A stretch of 64,000 nt of DNA from the human T2T-CHM13v2.0 reference genome, Homo sapiens. Location of the stretch: the NCBI RefSeq assembly GCF_009914755.1, contig NC_060930.1. One strand, written 5' to 3'. The notes under the pieces were generated by a model, which was given only the letters and a program-made list of their open reading frames with translations, searched no databases and had not been told where the DNA came from. The translations under genes were made by a program, and so were the position numbers. This document shows positions 12,000 to 24,767 of this stretch, one piece after another; position 1 is the stretch's first letter, and each line of letters opens with the position of its first letter.

Positions 12000-12495
12000 T
12001 GTGGCAGAGACTGCTAGATGTCCTCAATCTCTCTTTCTTCCATCTTCCTTGGTGAAAGTATCCCTCAATTTTTAACTGGGCTCATGAACTCCTGAAATAA
12101 AGTCTATAATCCCATTCTATCTTGCAGGTGGGTGTGGTCCTCTGACTAAATTCTAGCCAATAGGACATAAGCTAAAGTTAGAAAAGTGTTAAGGACACTT
12201 AGGAAGTGTCTTTAAAGAGAAGAATGTCCTTTTCTTTCTCATTTCCTTCATTTCTCATTTTGCTGGCTGGAATGTGGATGAGATGGCTGGTGCTCCAGCA
12301 TCCATCTTGGATCACACAGTAGAAGCTATGTGCTGAGGAAGGTGGAGAAACAAGATAGGCACATGGGTCTCAGATGAGTATTGAGCTGCCATACCAGCCG
12401 CAGGCTGCCTACTTCTGAAATTGATTAATATGAAGTAGTAATAACCTTCTGTGTTTCGTCAGTGACTGTTATTTATCTTGGGTTTTCTGTAATTA
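12000..12495 (+). mobile_element. MLT1J-like MaLR solo LTR
   Basis: 'tgtggcagagactgctagatgtcc...tgactaaattctagccaatagg...ctccagcatccatcttggatca'. Confidence 0.75.
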
Positions 12496-12524
12496 TCTGT
12501 ATATATGTCTATCTTCTTATTGCT

Positions 12525-12638
12525 GGGGACTCAGGGAGGGCAAGGACCTGACAAGGCTTATTTATCTTTGTGTCTCTTGCACCCAGCAAGGAGGCTGTCA
12601 TACAGTAGGTGTTTAGTGTTTGTTGAATGAATGAATGA
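12525..12638 (+). mobile_element. L2 3' end
   Basis: 'tttatctttgtgtctc...catacagtaggtgttt...tgttgaatgaatgaatga'. Confidence 0.7.
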
Positions 12639-12680
12639 CATACCTTCATTGCCACTTGACCTGTGGAAAGGTAACCTAAA

Positions 12681-13027
<347 letters not shown>

Positions 13028-14239
13028 TCATCTTGAATGGAATCCTAAACTGGAGGCCCAGGATCTAAGCACCTACTTGGGCCACTCCCTGTGCTGCTCA
13101 AATCTGGTACCCTGGAGGCCTCAGGCAAGGTGGGAGCCATGGCCATAGGGGGAGCCCTCCAGAGGTAGATGCCCCAGGGAGCAGTGGCTTCTGCAATTGG
13201 CTGAGGGAGAGTTTTCCAGGATGACTTGCAGCTCCCAAACCTGCCATACTCTCTCTTGCCTCCTGGCCTTTGCATAAGCTTTCCTGTCCTGGCATGCCCT
13301 TCCCTCTCTCCAGCATCCCCATATGGTTTTACTGGACCACTTCTCCCAGGCTTCAACAAAGAAGACACTTCTTCCTGGAAACCTTTCTTGTAGCTCCATC
13401 CCTTATGAGTGCTCACCAGGCCTCCTGCTTTTCCTACCTAGAAGCTCTTTCCACATTAGATAGTACCCTCCATGAGGTCAGGGGCTGCGTCCCCTCTGTT
13501 GCATAGCCTGGCACAGGTGGGCTCAGGGAAGGCTTGTTGACTTTTCTCTGGGCAGGGCTTGGGAGACAGGGGTGGCTTTCAGAGGATCGGAGAGCTCAGT
13601 ACCAGCCACAGTGGCCTGCCCTGTGCCTCCAGCCTATGCCAGGCCTCAACCGTCTTCAGCTCTCCCTGCCCTCACCCTCGCTCCCTCTGCAATGCCCTGG
13701 CAGGACTGAGCATTTTCTGCTCTCAGTGACCTGTGACCAAAGCCACAGCAGCTAATTAACACCCTGCTGTGTGCTTGATCCCTGCCCTGGCTGGCACTCC
13801 ACTCCGGACCATTCCCATTTAATGGGCTCAGCGCCTGCCTGGCAACCTCCATCCTCTCTCCCTTCACATGATTTAGCTTCCAGCCTGAGGTTTGCTTGCT
13901 TGCTTCACTTAGTAATTAACGCTTTCTTCTGACTGTTCTCTTCCCTCCTCCACTGACTGTATGTGTGATCTGGGACTGGGTCTCCCAGACAGGCTGAGGC
14001 AGGTGTGGACCCTGCCCCAGGGGATCCTGCAGTGGAGCTGACACACTGACATAGAGAGGCAAGGATAGGGCACAGGGATGACAAGGGAAGGACCGCAGAT
14101 AGCATGTGGTCCAATGTCTACCTACTGTGCAGGAGGGAAGACTGAAGCCCAGAGACAGTGAGCAGGCTGTCCAAGGTCACCCAGCAACCTAAGCTGTCCT
14201 AGTCTGGGTTCCCCACCAAAAGTCTGAAAAGTCTGAAAC

Positions 14240-14620
14240 ACCATTTTAGATGCAGATAGTATATTTTGGGAGGGGACAGAAATAGGGGCTGGAAGAATGA
14301 AGTAGGAAGGAGAGTAAGCCAGCACAAGCGTGCCCTACCAAGCTGGGTTCTGCTGTGAGCAGTGCAGGTTCCATCACATGATGGGCTTGCTGAGGGCTTC
14401 AGAAGGGTCCACTCCAGAGGGGAAAGAGGGGACCATTTATCCTTCGGTTTCTGGCCACCATTGGGCAATGGTTGCCCCCTGCCATTGGGGTGCTGACATC
14501 CTCGCACCTCTGGCGTTGTGCCTATGTCTGTATAGCTGGCTGTGCAGCTTCCTGGGGGCAGTCACTGCCGAGGTGTAGAGAGAAGTGGTGCTGCTGAGGC
14601 AGGGTGCTGTGAGAGGACAC
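14240..14620 (-). mobile_element. LTR16-family solo LTR
   Basis: 'gcagatagtatattttgggagg...ggaccatttatccttcggtttctggccaccattgggcaatggttgcccc'. Confidence 0.6.
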
Positions 14621-14689
14621 CGCATGTGGCTGATTCTGCAGCAATGGCCACAATGAAAGGTTCGGCTGAGAGGCTGTGAGGTAGGGCAC

Positions 14690-15105
14690 ATGAGTGTCAG
14701 ATTCACAATGCAGTCGTAACAGAACAAGAAAGCACAGCCAGCAAGGACTGTGCTCAGCAGCAACCATCAGAATACCCAACTCCACTGCCCGCAAAAGAGA
14801 GGCTTATTTTTCTCCTATAAGAAGAAATATAGAAATAGGCAGCTGCTGGCAGAGGTTCAAGGATGTCAATACCAAAATCTGAGATTGTTAGTCTTTCCCT
14901 TGTGAGTGCAGCATGGCTGCTGCAGTTCCAGCCATCATATATACACTTCCAGCAGAAAGAAGGTGGAAGCATGGTGGAGGTGGGGGCAGGGGAGCACCTT
15001 TATCAGGTCAGCCAAAGCTGTCTCCAGGAACACTCCAGTGAACTTCCACTACAATGTATTGGCCAGAATAGTCATAAAGCAGCATATCTAAGGAAGAGGG
15101 CAGAA
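14690..15105 (-). mobile_element. Old MLT1 (K/L-like) MaLR LTR
   Basis: 'gcatggctgctgcagttccagccatcatatatacacttccagcag...tgtattggccagaatagtcat'. Confidence 0.6.
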
Positions 15106-15769
15106 TGAGGACAGTGGGGTGAGGGATGGGCAGTGGGCAGCCAGCAGTCTGCCACACAGACATAGCCTCATTTTCTTTTTCCTTTGTAGAGGAGCTGACT
15201 TCTGCCCCTGCTCACACTACACATTCTTTGTTGTTCCTAACTCATGGCTGGCCTGAGTGGCCCTGGTCTTTGGGACCGTTTAGGGTGAATGTTGGGCTTC
15301 TCCGCTGAGACCAGATGGATGAAGAGGGATGGAAAACAATCAGGAGCTTTCCCATTTTATTCCCTCCACTAATCTCTCCTTTGAAAGAAGTCTCTCTTGC
15401 AGGTGAAGCAGGCATTATCTGATTTCATCAGTGCTGAGTGCCATGCATAATGAGAATGATGTATTTTGATGTGTTTGTTTCCCTCTCCTGGCCAGTGGGC
15501 AATTTCACTGGGTGATGGGCCTGCAGAAGGGTGCCAAGGAGAGAAATGGAATCCAAGGCTCCCGCAGCTGCCCTGTGTCTGTGTGGGACACTGGGAAGTC
15601 AGCAGCCAGGAGTTCCTGCTGTCTGCATGTCCTGACCTAGCCTCCACCCATCCCAATTTGGTTAGGTTCACAGTGCCTACCTGTCATTCAGTGCCTCTCC
15701 AATTTCCCCAGGCAGGAAGAGGCACATCTTCCCAGTCTTACCAGATGGCCCAGCTGTCATTCATGGTCA

Positions 15770-16210
15770 CCATCTTAGTCTGAACTCCCTGAAAAACTGA
15801 CTCTGAGTCAAGGATTTGAGTGAAGATGGGGGAGGTGGGAAGCAAGGCAAGGAAGGGCAGGAATCTTCCGCACTGGAGTCCTATCCTAGGTTCCACTGTG
15901 AGCAACTGTGGCTCAGTCCCACTGCAGGCCTTTGGAAGACCATGTGGGACATGCCTCAGAGTGGACCCTGAAGCAACAGGGAGCTGGGGCACTTATACAC
16001 CAACTCCATCAGCTGTTGGTTGAGGGCTGCGCCCAGGGGCTGTAATCCCCCAGTGTTCTGGATGCCACATGGCAGGCAGAACAGGATTCAATTGCCAGAA
16101 AAAGGCCCCAGGCACAGACATGCAGGCAGTGCCCAAGGAGAGTTAACCTGAGAGTGGCTACAATGGTGAGACCAGGGGCATGCGAGTGGAGCTCCAACAG
16201 TGATTACCAC
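15770..16210 (-). mobile_element. LTR16C-like solo LTR
   Basis: 'actctgagtcaaggatttgagtg...gggagctggggcacttatacaccaactccatcagctgttggttgagggctgc'. Confidence 0.75.
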
Positions 16211-16254
16211 AGACACAAGGACTGTCCCAGCTGGAGGAATTAGAAGGGACCATC

Positions 16255-16437
16255 CCAATGGGGTGCTATCAGCATTGGTTGGAATGAATTTCCTTGTGTG
16301 GGACAATAGCCCTTTGCAGTATGTTGGCATCCCTGGTCCCACCCACTCAATGCCCATCATACCTCCTAGTCACTATGACAAACAAAAGTGCCCCCATACA
16401 TTTCTAAACACCTCCTGTCTCCAGTTAAGAACCCCCA
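16255..16437. mobile_element. MER20-like hAT MITE
   Basis: 'ggcatccctggtcccacccactcaatgcc...tgacaaacaaaagtgccccc...ccagttaagaaccc'. Confidence 0.5.
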
Positions 16438-17523
16438 ATACAACCAATCCCTTCATTTTCCAGATAAAGGACTGTCACTCATCCAGCAACTCACAGCTAG
16501 TTGTGAGAGGCCAAGCTAAGTCTGAAATGCGAGTTTCCTTAGTTGTTATAATTGCTTTTTCAAAAAAAAAAAAAATTGGGATGGCTTAGTACTCATTCAT
16601 TCATTCATTTATCACAATTTATTCAGATGTCCTGTCTGAGCTCTATACCCTTGTCTCCCCTCGCTCATGTCTAACCTGGCACCTTCCTGCTATGGCCTCA
16701 GGCCTGTCCCCAAGGATTTTGGCAGCATTGGTACCCTGTTGCCAATGAGCTCTGTGTGAGGGGAGGGCTGGTGGCTGCAAAGTGGCCTAGCATAGGCTGT
16801 GGCTAGATGGGAACTTCACTCTTCAAGAAGGCTGCCCTAATGCCTCTCCTGTAGCTGATGAAGGCTGCACAGCCGCAGTGATGGTAATGAGGCCCTAAGT
16901 CCCTAACATCATGCTCCCGGGAGGGAGACGCTACCCAGCAGCCCTCTCCTTGCTGCCTCCACACCATCCATCTGCCGCCCACTTGCAGCACCTGCAGCCA
17001 GGCCTGGGGCCACTCTCCACCCTCCAGGCCCAGGCTTCTCTGTGACTGGCAGTCCATTCAGGCCTGGCACAAACTACTGGCATCAGGCGCAGCATGAGTG
17101 CCATGCCAGCCTTGGAAATTATGGAGCATCTCTGGCTGCCACCCCAGGGGCCTGGTTACCCCACCCACCTCCAGCCATAATCCACCTGGCTCCCTCTGCT
17201 CTGTGCTAAGGGCTGGGACCAGATGGCGAATGATTGGGGCTGATTTACAGTGACAGCTAAGTCGGCTGAGGATGAGGTGTGGATGTCAAAAGGCACTGAG
17301 TAAGGGGCCTGCTAGGTGGGGGTGGGGTAGGGATGGGGACAGAAGCAGGGAAAGGAGGGGTGATCCCGAAACAGAAAGTGATGCAAAGAGGAAAGAAAAA
17401 GCCCAGGGCCATGAGAGGAGAGAGGAGAGGGAGAACAGAGGCTGGGAGAAGGGGAAGAGGGAGGAAATGAGTGTAGCTGCCATTAATTGAGCTCTTACCA
17501 TATGCCAAGCATGAATGTTCTCA

Positions 17524-17722
17524 GGGCCCTGTCCAATATGATAGCCACTAGCCACATGTGGCATTTTAAATTCAATTAAAATTAATTATAATAACTATAA
17601 TTACAAATGCAGTTCCTCGGTCACGTTAATCACATTTCGAGGGCTTGATAGGCACAAGTGGCTAGTGCACTGGACCATACAGATAGAGAGCCTTTCCATC
17701 ATCCTAGAATGTGCTAGCGGGT
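17524..17722 (-). mobile_element. MER3 hAT-Charlie MITE
   Basis: 'ctgtccaatatgatagccactagccacatgtggc...cagttcctcggtcac...tttccatcatc'. Confidence 0.85.
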
Positions 17723-17891
17723 GGGCGGTAAAGGGGAGGCAGATATTAAGTAACAACAGTGCATGTTGCTGATATGCACATATATCTCTATCCATCTATA
17801 TATCTCTACATGCATATATATCAGGCACTGTTCTAAGAACTCTACATAGATTTATCCACTTATATCAGCTGTAGATGACAGGTTTTTCTAT

Positions 17892-18211
17892 CAGAGGTCA
17901 GCAAACATTTTCTGTAAAGAACCAGATAGTGCATATTTTAGGCTTTGTGGGCCATATAATCTCTGTCACCACTGCTCACCTCCGCCATTGCAGTGTGAAA
18001 GCAGCTGTAGACAAAACGTAAATGAACGGGCATGGCTGTGCCCCAGTAAAACTTTATGGGCACCATGAAATTTAATTTTCATGTGTCACAAAGTATTTTT
18101 CTTTTGATTTTCCAACCAATTAAAAATGTAAAAACCTTTCTTAACTTGAGGGTAGAACAAAACAGGCATTGGGCTGGATTTGGCTCATGGGCCATTGTGT
18201 GCCGACCCCTG
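17892..18211. mobile_element. MER58B hAT-Charlie element, near full length, nested in a minus-strand MIR
   Basis: TIRs 'cagaggtcagcaaac' and 'gtgtgccgacccctg'; internal 'ttttaggctttgtgggcc' and 'taaaactttatgg'. Confidence 0.88.
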
Positions 18212-18384
18212 ATTGACATCATCCCCATCTCACAAATGTGGAAAGTAGGACACAGACAGACCAGATAGGTCACTGGAGGTCCCATAGCCACAAATAGCGA
18301 AGCTGAGATTTGTACCCAGGTGCTTGGGCTCCAGAATCCAGGCCCTCAGCCTCCCCACACAACAATGAACAATGTAATTTCTGG

Positions 18385-19370
18385 TAGTGATCATTACTTT
18401 GAAGAAACTAAGAGTGTGATATGGTAGCAAGCATGAGAGACATGTCGTCTAGATCAGGTGAACAGGAATACTGTACTGATGAGGGAGGCTTTGGCCTAAG
18501 ACGGAGTGACAAGAAGGATGCAGCCATGGCATGACCCAGGGCACGACATCTCAGGCACGAAGGAGACAGCAGGTGCCATACTCTGCAGCAGGGTCATGGG
18601 TCAGCATGGCCGGGGAATGGAGTGAAGGCCAATGGCTGACTCCAAGGACAGGGGGTTGGACATGGAGTGAGGCTCATGAACTCTGATAAAACAGGCACCA
18701 TTTTAAGTTTGATGGGTAGTCACTGGGGCATTTTAGCAGGAGAATGACTGATACAATTCATGGTAAAACCAAACCTCATCCTGGATGCATAAGAGAAGAG
18801 GCAGGAAGCTAGTTAGGAAGCTGCTACAATCGGTCACACAAGCAATGGTGGCAGTGTGGAGTGGGGCAGAGGCTGTGGAGATGTAGATATGAGAACAGAT
18901 TTGAGTTATCTTTTGAATTGGAGCCAACATGATTTATTTTTCATTTGGATGTGAAATGTGAAGGACAAGGAAAAAGTGGAATGACTCCTAGTTTGGGGGA
19001 CTTGAGCAATGGGTGGAAGGCAATGCCATATAGAGACTGGGAGGACAAGGAGAAGTACAGGTCTAGGGTGGGGAAATCAAGATTTCTGCTTTGGGACATG
19101 CTAAGTCTGAGATGTCATTGGACATCCAAGCAATGATGGCAAGTGGATGGTTCTATATTGGAATCTGGAGACCACTGAAGAAGCCAGGGCTAGAGATATA
19201 AATTTGGGGAGCAGCAGCAGGTAGGGGGTTGTTAAAATCATTGAATCAAAGGAAGGTACAGGTAGGGAAGAATAGAGGGTCTCGGAACTGCACCCAGCAT
19301 TGGAGGAAGGGCCAAGGTGGAGGCTCCAGCAAAGGACAGTGAAAAGACGCTGAAGTCAAGCTGAGAGAAG
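18385..19370 (-). mobile_element. L2 (L2a-like) fragment of about 1 kb
   Basis: 'gggacatgctaagtctgagatgtcattggacatccaag...gggctagagatataaatttggg' and other L2 reverse blocks. Confidence 0.8.
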
Positions 19371-19372
19371 AG

Positions 19373-19434
19373 AAGCTGCATGCAGATAAAGCTGCATGCA
19401 GATAAAGTTGCATGCAGATAAAGACTCAGATAAA
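19373..19434. repeat. 16-bp tandem repeat (aagctgcatgcagata) x3 plus a partial unit
   Basis: Read directly. Confidence 0.9.
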
Positions 19435-19566
19435 ACATTTATACTATATTTAACAAAATATTGACATTTGTAATGTAGAGTTTTTATAAATAATTATAAA
19501 GGCAAGTCTATAGAAAATAAGTGAAGAATATGAACAGGCAATTTATAGAAAAATAAAAAGGCTAAT

Positions 19567-19900
19567 GTTTCAGCCAAGACCCAGGCAGAACACAGAATTT
19601 ACACCCTGATGGTTCAAATGATAGCAATTAAATAAAGCATCAGCTTGTAAAGAAATGCACAGAGTTAAAGGAATAGGCAAGGGATGATGAAGTGCCCAAG
19701 GCTGGCAGCAGCAGGAAGCTGTTACCTCTCCTATGGCTAAAGAGGCAGAAGGGGCTAAAGAGGTAGAAGTTGAAAGAGGGGCCACCCCATGGGAGCTGTA
19801 GTTTTAGAACAATGCCAATACCAGAGGCATGGGGCTGGAGCAGGAAAAGAACACCTTGACCTCTCTCTTCTCTCCTCCCACCCTTCAACCTCCTGTCCCC
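19567..19900 (-). mobile_element. Ancient LTR (LTR33/LTR79-like) inserted in L1ME
   Basis: 'gggatgatgaagtgcccaaggctggcagcagcaggaagctgttacctctcctatggctaaagaggc'; family uncertain. Confidence 0.45.
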
Positions 19901-20560
19901 CAGCATTCCAGGAATCTATTTCATAGACAAACACACATACATACAAAATATCAGCAGAAAAATCTTCACACTAGCATTGTTTAGAATGGAAAAAACTGGG
20001 AACAATATTAACATCTATCAATAATATTGATGATGATGTTGATAAAGATTATGAAAGCCAATAGGTATATGATGTGTGTGCATGTATGTGTGTGCATGTG
20101 CACTTACTATATGTCAGGCTTAATTCTAAGCAATTTCTATGCATCATCTTGTTTAACAATAATCCTATGTGGCAGGTACTATTATTTTAGTTTACATTGA
20201 GTAAATCAAACATCAATAAGGTTCTAGTGAAATCATGGTATGGGCATACTATGGAACACTGTGCAGCCATTTAAAAAAGGAAATAGGTCCAGATATATGA
20301 ATCTGGAAAGAAACACATTGTTAAGAAAAAAGTCGCAGAAGTATTTGTATAGTGTGATTCCTTTTATATTTTTAAAATAGCAACTCTGTGTGTATTTCTA
20401 TGTGTACAGAAAAGATCTGGAAGGATACACTCAACAAATAATGGTGGTCACTTAAGCAGAGAGGGTTGGACCAATGGGAGTTGAAGAGGAGTGGCATTTT
20501 TATTTTACATATAATCAGTATATACTGACATATTACTTATGGATGAAAAAATAAAAGGAT
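19900..20560 (+). mobile_element. L1ME-type 3' fragment interrupted by a MIR (~20030-20200)
   Basis: 'gcattgtttagaatggaaaaaactggga', 'catactatggaacactgtgcagccattt' and 'agatctggaaggatacac'. Confidence 0.7.
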
Positions 20561-21464
20561 CAACTGAAGAAGTAAAAGAAAACAGAGGACAAGAACAAGT
20601 CCCACTGTTGAAACTGGGATTTCAACCAAGCAGGCTCCTGTCCCAGTACTGCTGCATTTTAGCTGTAAGTTCCTGGGTAAACACATTGCTTCTCCAAGCT
20701 CGGTTTCTCCATCCATGAAAGGCGAATATTAATCATGGTACCCACCTCCTCAAGCTGGCATGAGATGCACATGAGAGACGTGTGAGAGAGTGTACATGAG
20801 TCATGCAGCCTGGTGAAGAACGCCCTACAGACGCTCAACAGGGCATGCTCAGCATGTGCTGTGCTTCCAGCCCCTGGGAGGCTTGAGGAAAGTGAAGGTG
20901 GCAAGTGGAGAGGGGATGGAGGGCCCACTTCTGTGATTCTGTGGCCAGGACTCTAGTCCCTAGAGTTTACAGGGCACTTTCTTCCCTGCTCACACAGAGC
21001 TCAAAACCCAGCACTCGGGGTTGACTCCACCTGCATGCAGCCAGCACATCCTCTCTGTTTGGCAGGAAGCAAATCATGTTCAGTGGCTCTGCAGCCACAT
21101 CCCCTAATCCGAACTGGGAATGGAGGCCACAGTCATTCAGTAGAAAAGTGAGTTAGAGAATCACACACGTACGCCTCTTTGACCTTCTAGGAATTAATAC
21201 CAATGTTTTATAAAGTGTTGCCAAGCCACTTTGAGGGCCTTTTAAAGTAAAGCTCATTTGCAATTCACACATTGAGGTTGATATGGAACTAAGTGGTGCC
21301 AAGAGAAAGAGTTGTGTCTACACACTCCCCAATAAGCTTCTTCAGAGGGTTATCTCCACCTAATGCTCACTGACATGGAACTAAGCTTTACAGCCCCAAG
21401 AACTGTATTGGTGAAACAAAAGTCTGGAAAGATAAATACCAAACTTATACCAGTAGTTAACTCT

Positions 21465-21467
<3 letters not shown>

Positions 21468-21498
<31 letters not shown>

Positions 21499-21505
21499 TG
21501 TGTGT
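21468..21505. repeat. (GT)n microsatellite
   Basis: About 15 pure GT units, then ctgtgtgt. Confidence 0.97.
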
Positions 21506-22869
21506 TTATGAGGGGGTGAGACATTCCTATTTTCCTTCCAGTATTGATACAGTGCTTGGCTCTGTTGTGATGAAGATTGTTTTCAGATATTTTACGTGAA
21601 AAAAATTAATAAAATAAGAAAAAAGAAAGGCACCAAATGGGATTGTTCTGTGGAATACACAATATTATAGACGTATGAAGAAGGACCTGCACTTCCTACA
21701 CATGAAAGTAGTTACGATTTATAGAGCCCTGATTTGGTCCCAGGTGCTGTGTTACAAGTGCTAAGCTACTGAGTCATGCAGATGACTCCACAAGGTAAGC
21801 ATTATTCACCCCATTTGCAGAAGAGGAAAGTCGGGGCAGGGGTAGAACCACACCCTAAGTCATCAGTGCATGCATTCGCAGATTAGTGTGAAATCACAGA
21901 GCAATGAGAAATGGATTTCCTCCTCCCGGACAGAGTCAAAGAACCTCACCAGGAGGCTCTCCCTCCCTCCCTACCTAAGAGTCTTCAGAGAAAACCTTAC
22001 AGCATCTGTTCACATGATATCAAGGAGCAAAACGCCAGCGAAATTAGAAACCCCACCATTCCGCCTTGCTGGAAGGAGCCAGGGAAGATAATCTTCAAGA
22101 TGAGGCTGCGAAGCAGAGCAAGCCAGGCTTGGCCCTTTTCAGAAAAGACCCCAAACAGGGGGTCTGGGCTGTTATCTCCTGGACGCTGGTCCTGTAGCCA
22201 GCTTCCAGGGGATAACAGGGGCGGCAGCCCGAGAGGGTCCCCTTCTCTCCAGAGGGGGCAGGCAGCAGGCTCACAGCTGCCCTCTCCCAACATTAAGACA
22301 AATTTATAGGAGTGCCAGCAAGGCGTAAAACACACGAAGATAGGCTGTTCCTCACTCCAGCCTGGCTATTCAACCCCCTCACTCCTTCTCCAATTCTGCT
22401 TCCTCACCTGCTTCCCGTAGCTGAAGGCAGAAGAATGCCTTAAAGACCCTTCAGTCACCGACAGAACAAGCCTGGCCTGGAGCCGCTCTCTTGGTGGCCA
22501 CGCCCACCGCAGCCCCAGGACCCCTGGACCCTGTGCAGGGGGCTGTGTGCCCTTCCCTGGCTCGGCTTCTCCAGATGTTCCTTGTGGCTCTCCCTCCCCT
22601 TCCTCGCACCTCACTGGTGGCAAAGAGCCAAAGCCCCCGCACACAGTCAAGCTGGCAACCCAACTACATGGGATTCCTATGGCTGCAGATGGCCTGAGAC
22701 GACTCTCAACCTTGACAGGATCTAGGGCTGGGGGCTTGAGATAGTCAACCAACGCCCAGCCCCTGGACGGGGTTAGAGTCACTCCTCCACCTCGTGGTCA
22801 TTGTTGGAACTACACCCTGGGAAAGCCTGTCCTGAGAGGCACTTACTCCAAGGGATGATGGAGGAGGTT

Positions 22870-22932
22870 TGATGATGATGGTGATGGTGATGATGTGATG
22901 ATAATGGTGATGATGTGATGATAATGATGATG
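22870..22932. repeat. Degenerate (GAT/GGT)n repeat
   Basis: Read directly. Confidence 0.9.
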
Positions 22933-22964
22933 GGTCATGAGTGTAATCACTTACCTCTTGCCAC

Positions 22965-23210
22965 TTTCTGCTCACATCACCTCCTCAAAAGGGCTTTTCC
23001 CTGACCACCCTGTGTAAAATAGCACCACCACTCTCCTTAACCCTGCCTTATTTTTTGTAGCACTTATCATCTAAAATATTATTAGTTTGCTTATTTGTTG
23101 TTCGTGTAAGCTCCAGGAAAGCAGGAGCTGTGTTTTTTTTCACTGATGTATCCTGTGTAGCTAGGATTACCTCACAGTTAGCAAGTGTTCAATAAATATT
23201 TGTGAAGTGA
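22965..23210 (+). mobile_element. L2a 3' end
   Basis: 'tcacctcctcaaaagggcttttccctgaccaccctg...tgtaagctccagga...tcaataaatatttg'. Confidence 0.8.
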
Positions 23211-23357
23211 AGGGGTTGGTAAATGACTCCTCAATCTCTCCCTGTGCCCAGCAGTCCTCCCAGCTCCTGGCAAGGCCACAGATCCCTCTCCCGCAGACTG
23301 AGTTTGCCTGTAATACTGGGAACAATCCCCATGCTCGTCTGGGAGATGTAAGGACCC

Positions 23358-23761
23358 TGTGTTAGTCTGTTTTGCATTACTAAAGGAACACCTGAAGCTT
23401 GGTAATTTATAAATAAAGGAGATTTATTTAGCTCATGGTTCTGCAGGCTGTACAAGAATGGCACAGGCATCTGCTCAGCTTCTGGTGAGGTCTCAGGAAG
23501 CTTTTACTCATGGCAGAAGGCAAAGGAGGAGCAGGTGTGTCACATGGAGAGAGAGGGAGCAAGACAGAGGGGAGGAGGTGCCAGCCTCCTTTTGACAACC
23601 AGCTCTTGGAGTGAACTAATAAAGTGGGAACTCATTCATTACTGCAAGGATGACACCAAGCCATTCATAATGGATCCTCCCCTATGACCCAAACACCTCC
23701 CACTAGGTCCCATCACTTTTCAACATGAGATTTGGAGGGGACACACATCCAAACTATATCA
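23358..23761 (-). mobile_element. MSTB MaLR solo LTR
   Basis: 'tgtgttagtctgttttgcatt...ggacacacatccaaactatatca'; TSD gaccc / gactc. Confidence 0.9.
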
Positions 23762-24089
23762 GACTCCAGGTCTCAAATCTGCTGGTTTGGCCCCCACCGG
23801 CCTGTGGTGGTCTTGCCCTTGGTGGTCAAGACCCTGCCCTTGGTCCTCGCCTTTAGCATCTGCATCCCTTGGTGTCATTCCTTGCATCTGCGTCCTCCCT
23901 GCCTCATCCCAGTGTCCATGCATGTTGCCCTCCCACTGAGTGCCAGGCCCTGGGCTGGGTGTTTTGTGTTCACTACCTCTGATCTTCATGGCACCCTGCA
24001 AGGTGGGCATTGATTATCCTCATTTTTAGATGAGAAATGAGTTCAGAGAGATGGCACAACTTTGCACATGTGATTTATGCCACCCCTGT

Positions 24090-24360
24090 GTTTTCCAGAG
24101 ATGGTCCCAATGATGCTAATGGGTGAAACAAATAAAGAAAAATACACATAAAATAAAGTTTCCATGGTGAGAAATTTCAGAAAACACTGGGTTCAGCAAA
24201 GCAGAATTTTTTCTATCAGGACTTCTTAGACTCTTTAAAATGACCATGTGCATGGCAGCCCCCAGTGGGGAGGGGTATATGCAGGGCACAACATTTCCCA
24301 AACCTATCTGAATTTGGAACCACTTATCCAAGGAGCATCTCACAGGACATGGCTTGGATA
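24090..24360. mobile_element. hAT-Charlie MITE remnant (MER103-like)
   Basis: 'aaacactgggttcagcaaag...caggacttcttagactctttaaaatg...catttcccaaacctat...ggagcatctcacaggac'. Confidence 0.5.
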
Positions 24361-24371
24361 ACAAATGCAAA

Positions 24372-24767
24372 ATCGGTTTCAATCCTCCTGGTCAGGAATT
24401 AAGATCAGTGGATCAAGATCGGTTTCAATCCTCCTGGTCAGGAATCAAGATCAGTGGATCAAGATTTGTTTCAATTCTCCTGGTCAGGAGTCAAGATCAG
24501 CGGATCAAGATGGATTTCAATCCTTCTGGTCAGGAATCAAGATCAGTGCATCAAGATTGGTTTCAATCCTTCTGGTCAGGAATCAAGATCAGTGGATCCA
24601 GATTGGTTTCAATCCTCCTGGTCAGGAGTCAAGATCAGTGGATCAAGATTTGTTTCAATCCTCCTGGTCAGGAGTCAAGATCAGCGGATCAAGATCGATT
24701 TCAATCCTTCTGGTCAGGAATCAAGATCAGTGCATCAAGATTGGTTTCAATCCTTCTGGTCAGGAAT
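24372..24767. repeat. 46-bp minisatellite/VNTR, 8.6 copies (attggtttcaatcctcctggtcaggaatcaagatcagtggatcaag)
   Basis: Exact 46-bp period with unit starts 24372, 24418, 24464 ... 24740; no indels. Confidence 0.98.

Noticed and set aside
24372-24767. CRISPR-like array (regular repeats with an internal palindrome)
   Set aside because: Units are head to tail with no unique spacers, there are no cas genes and the context is primate DNA; it is a minisatellite
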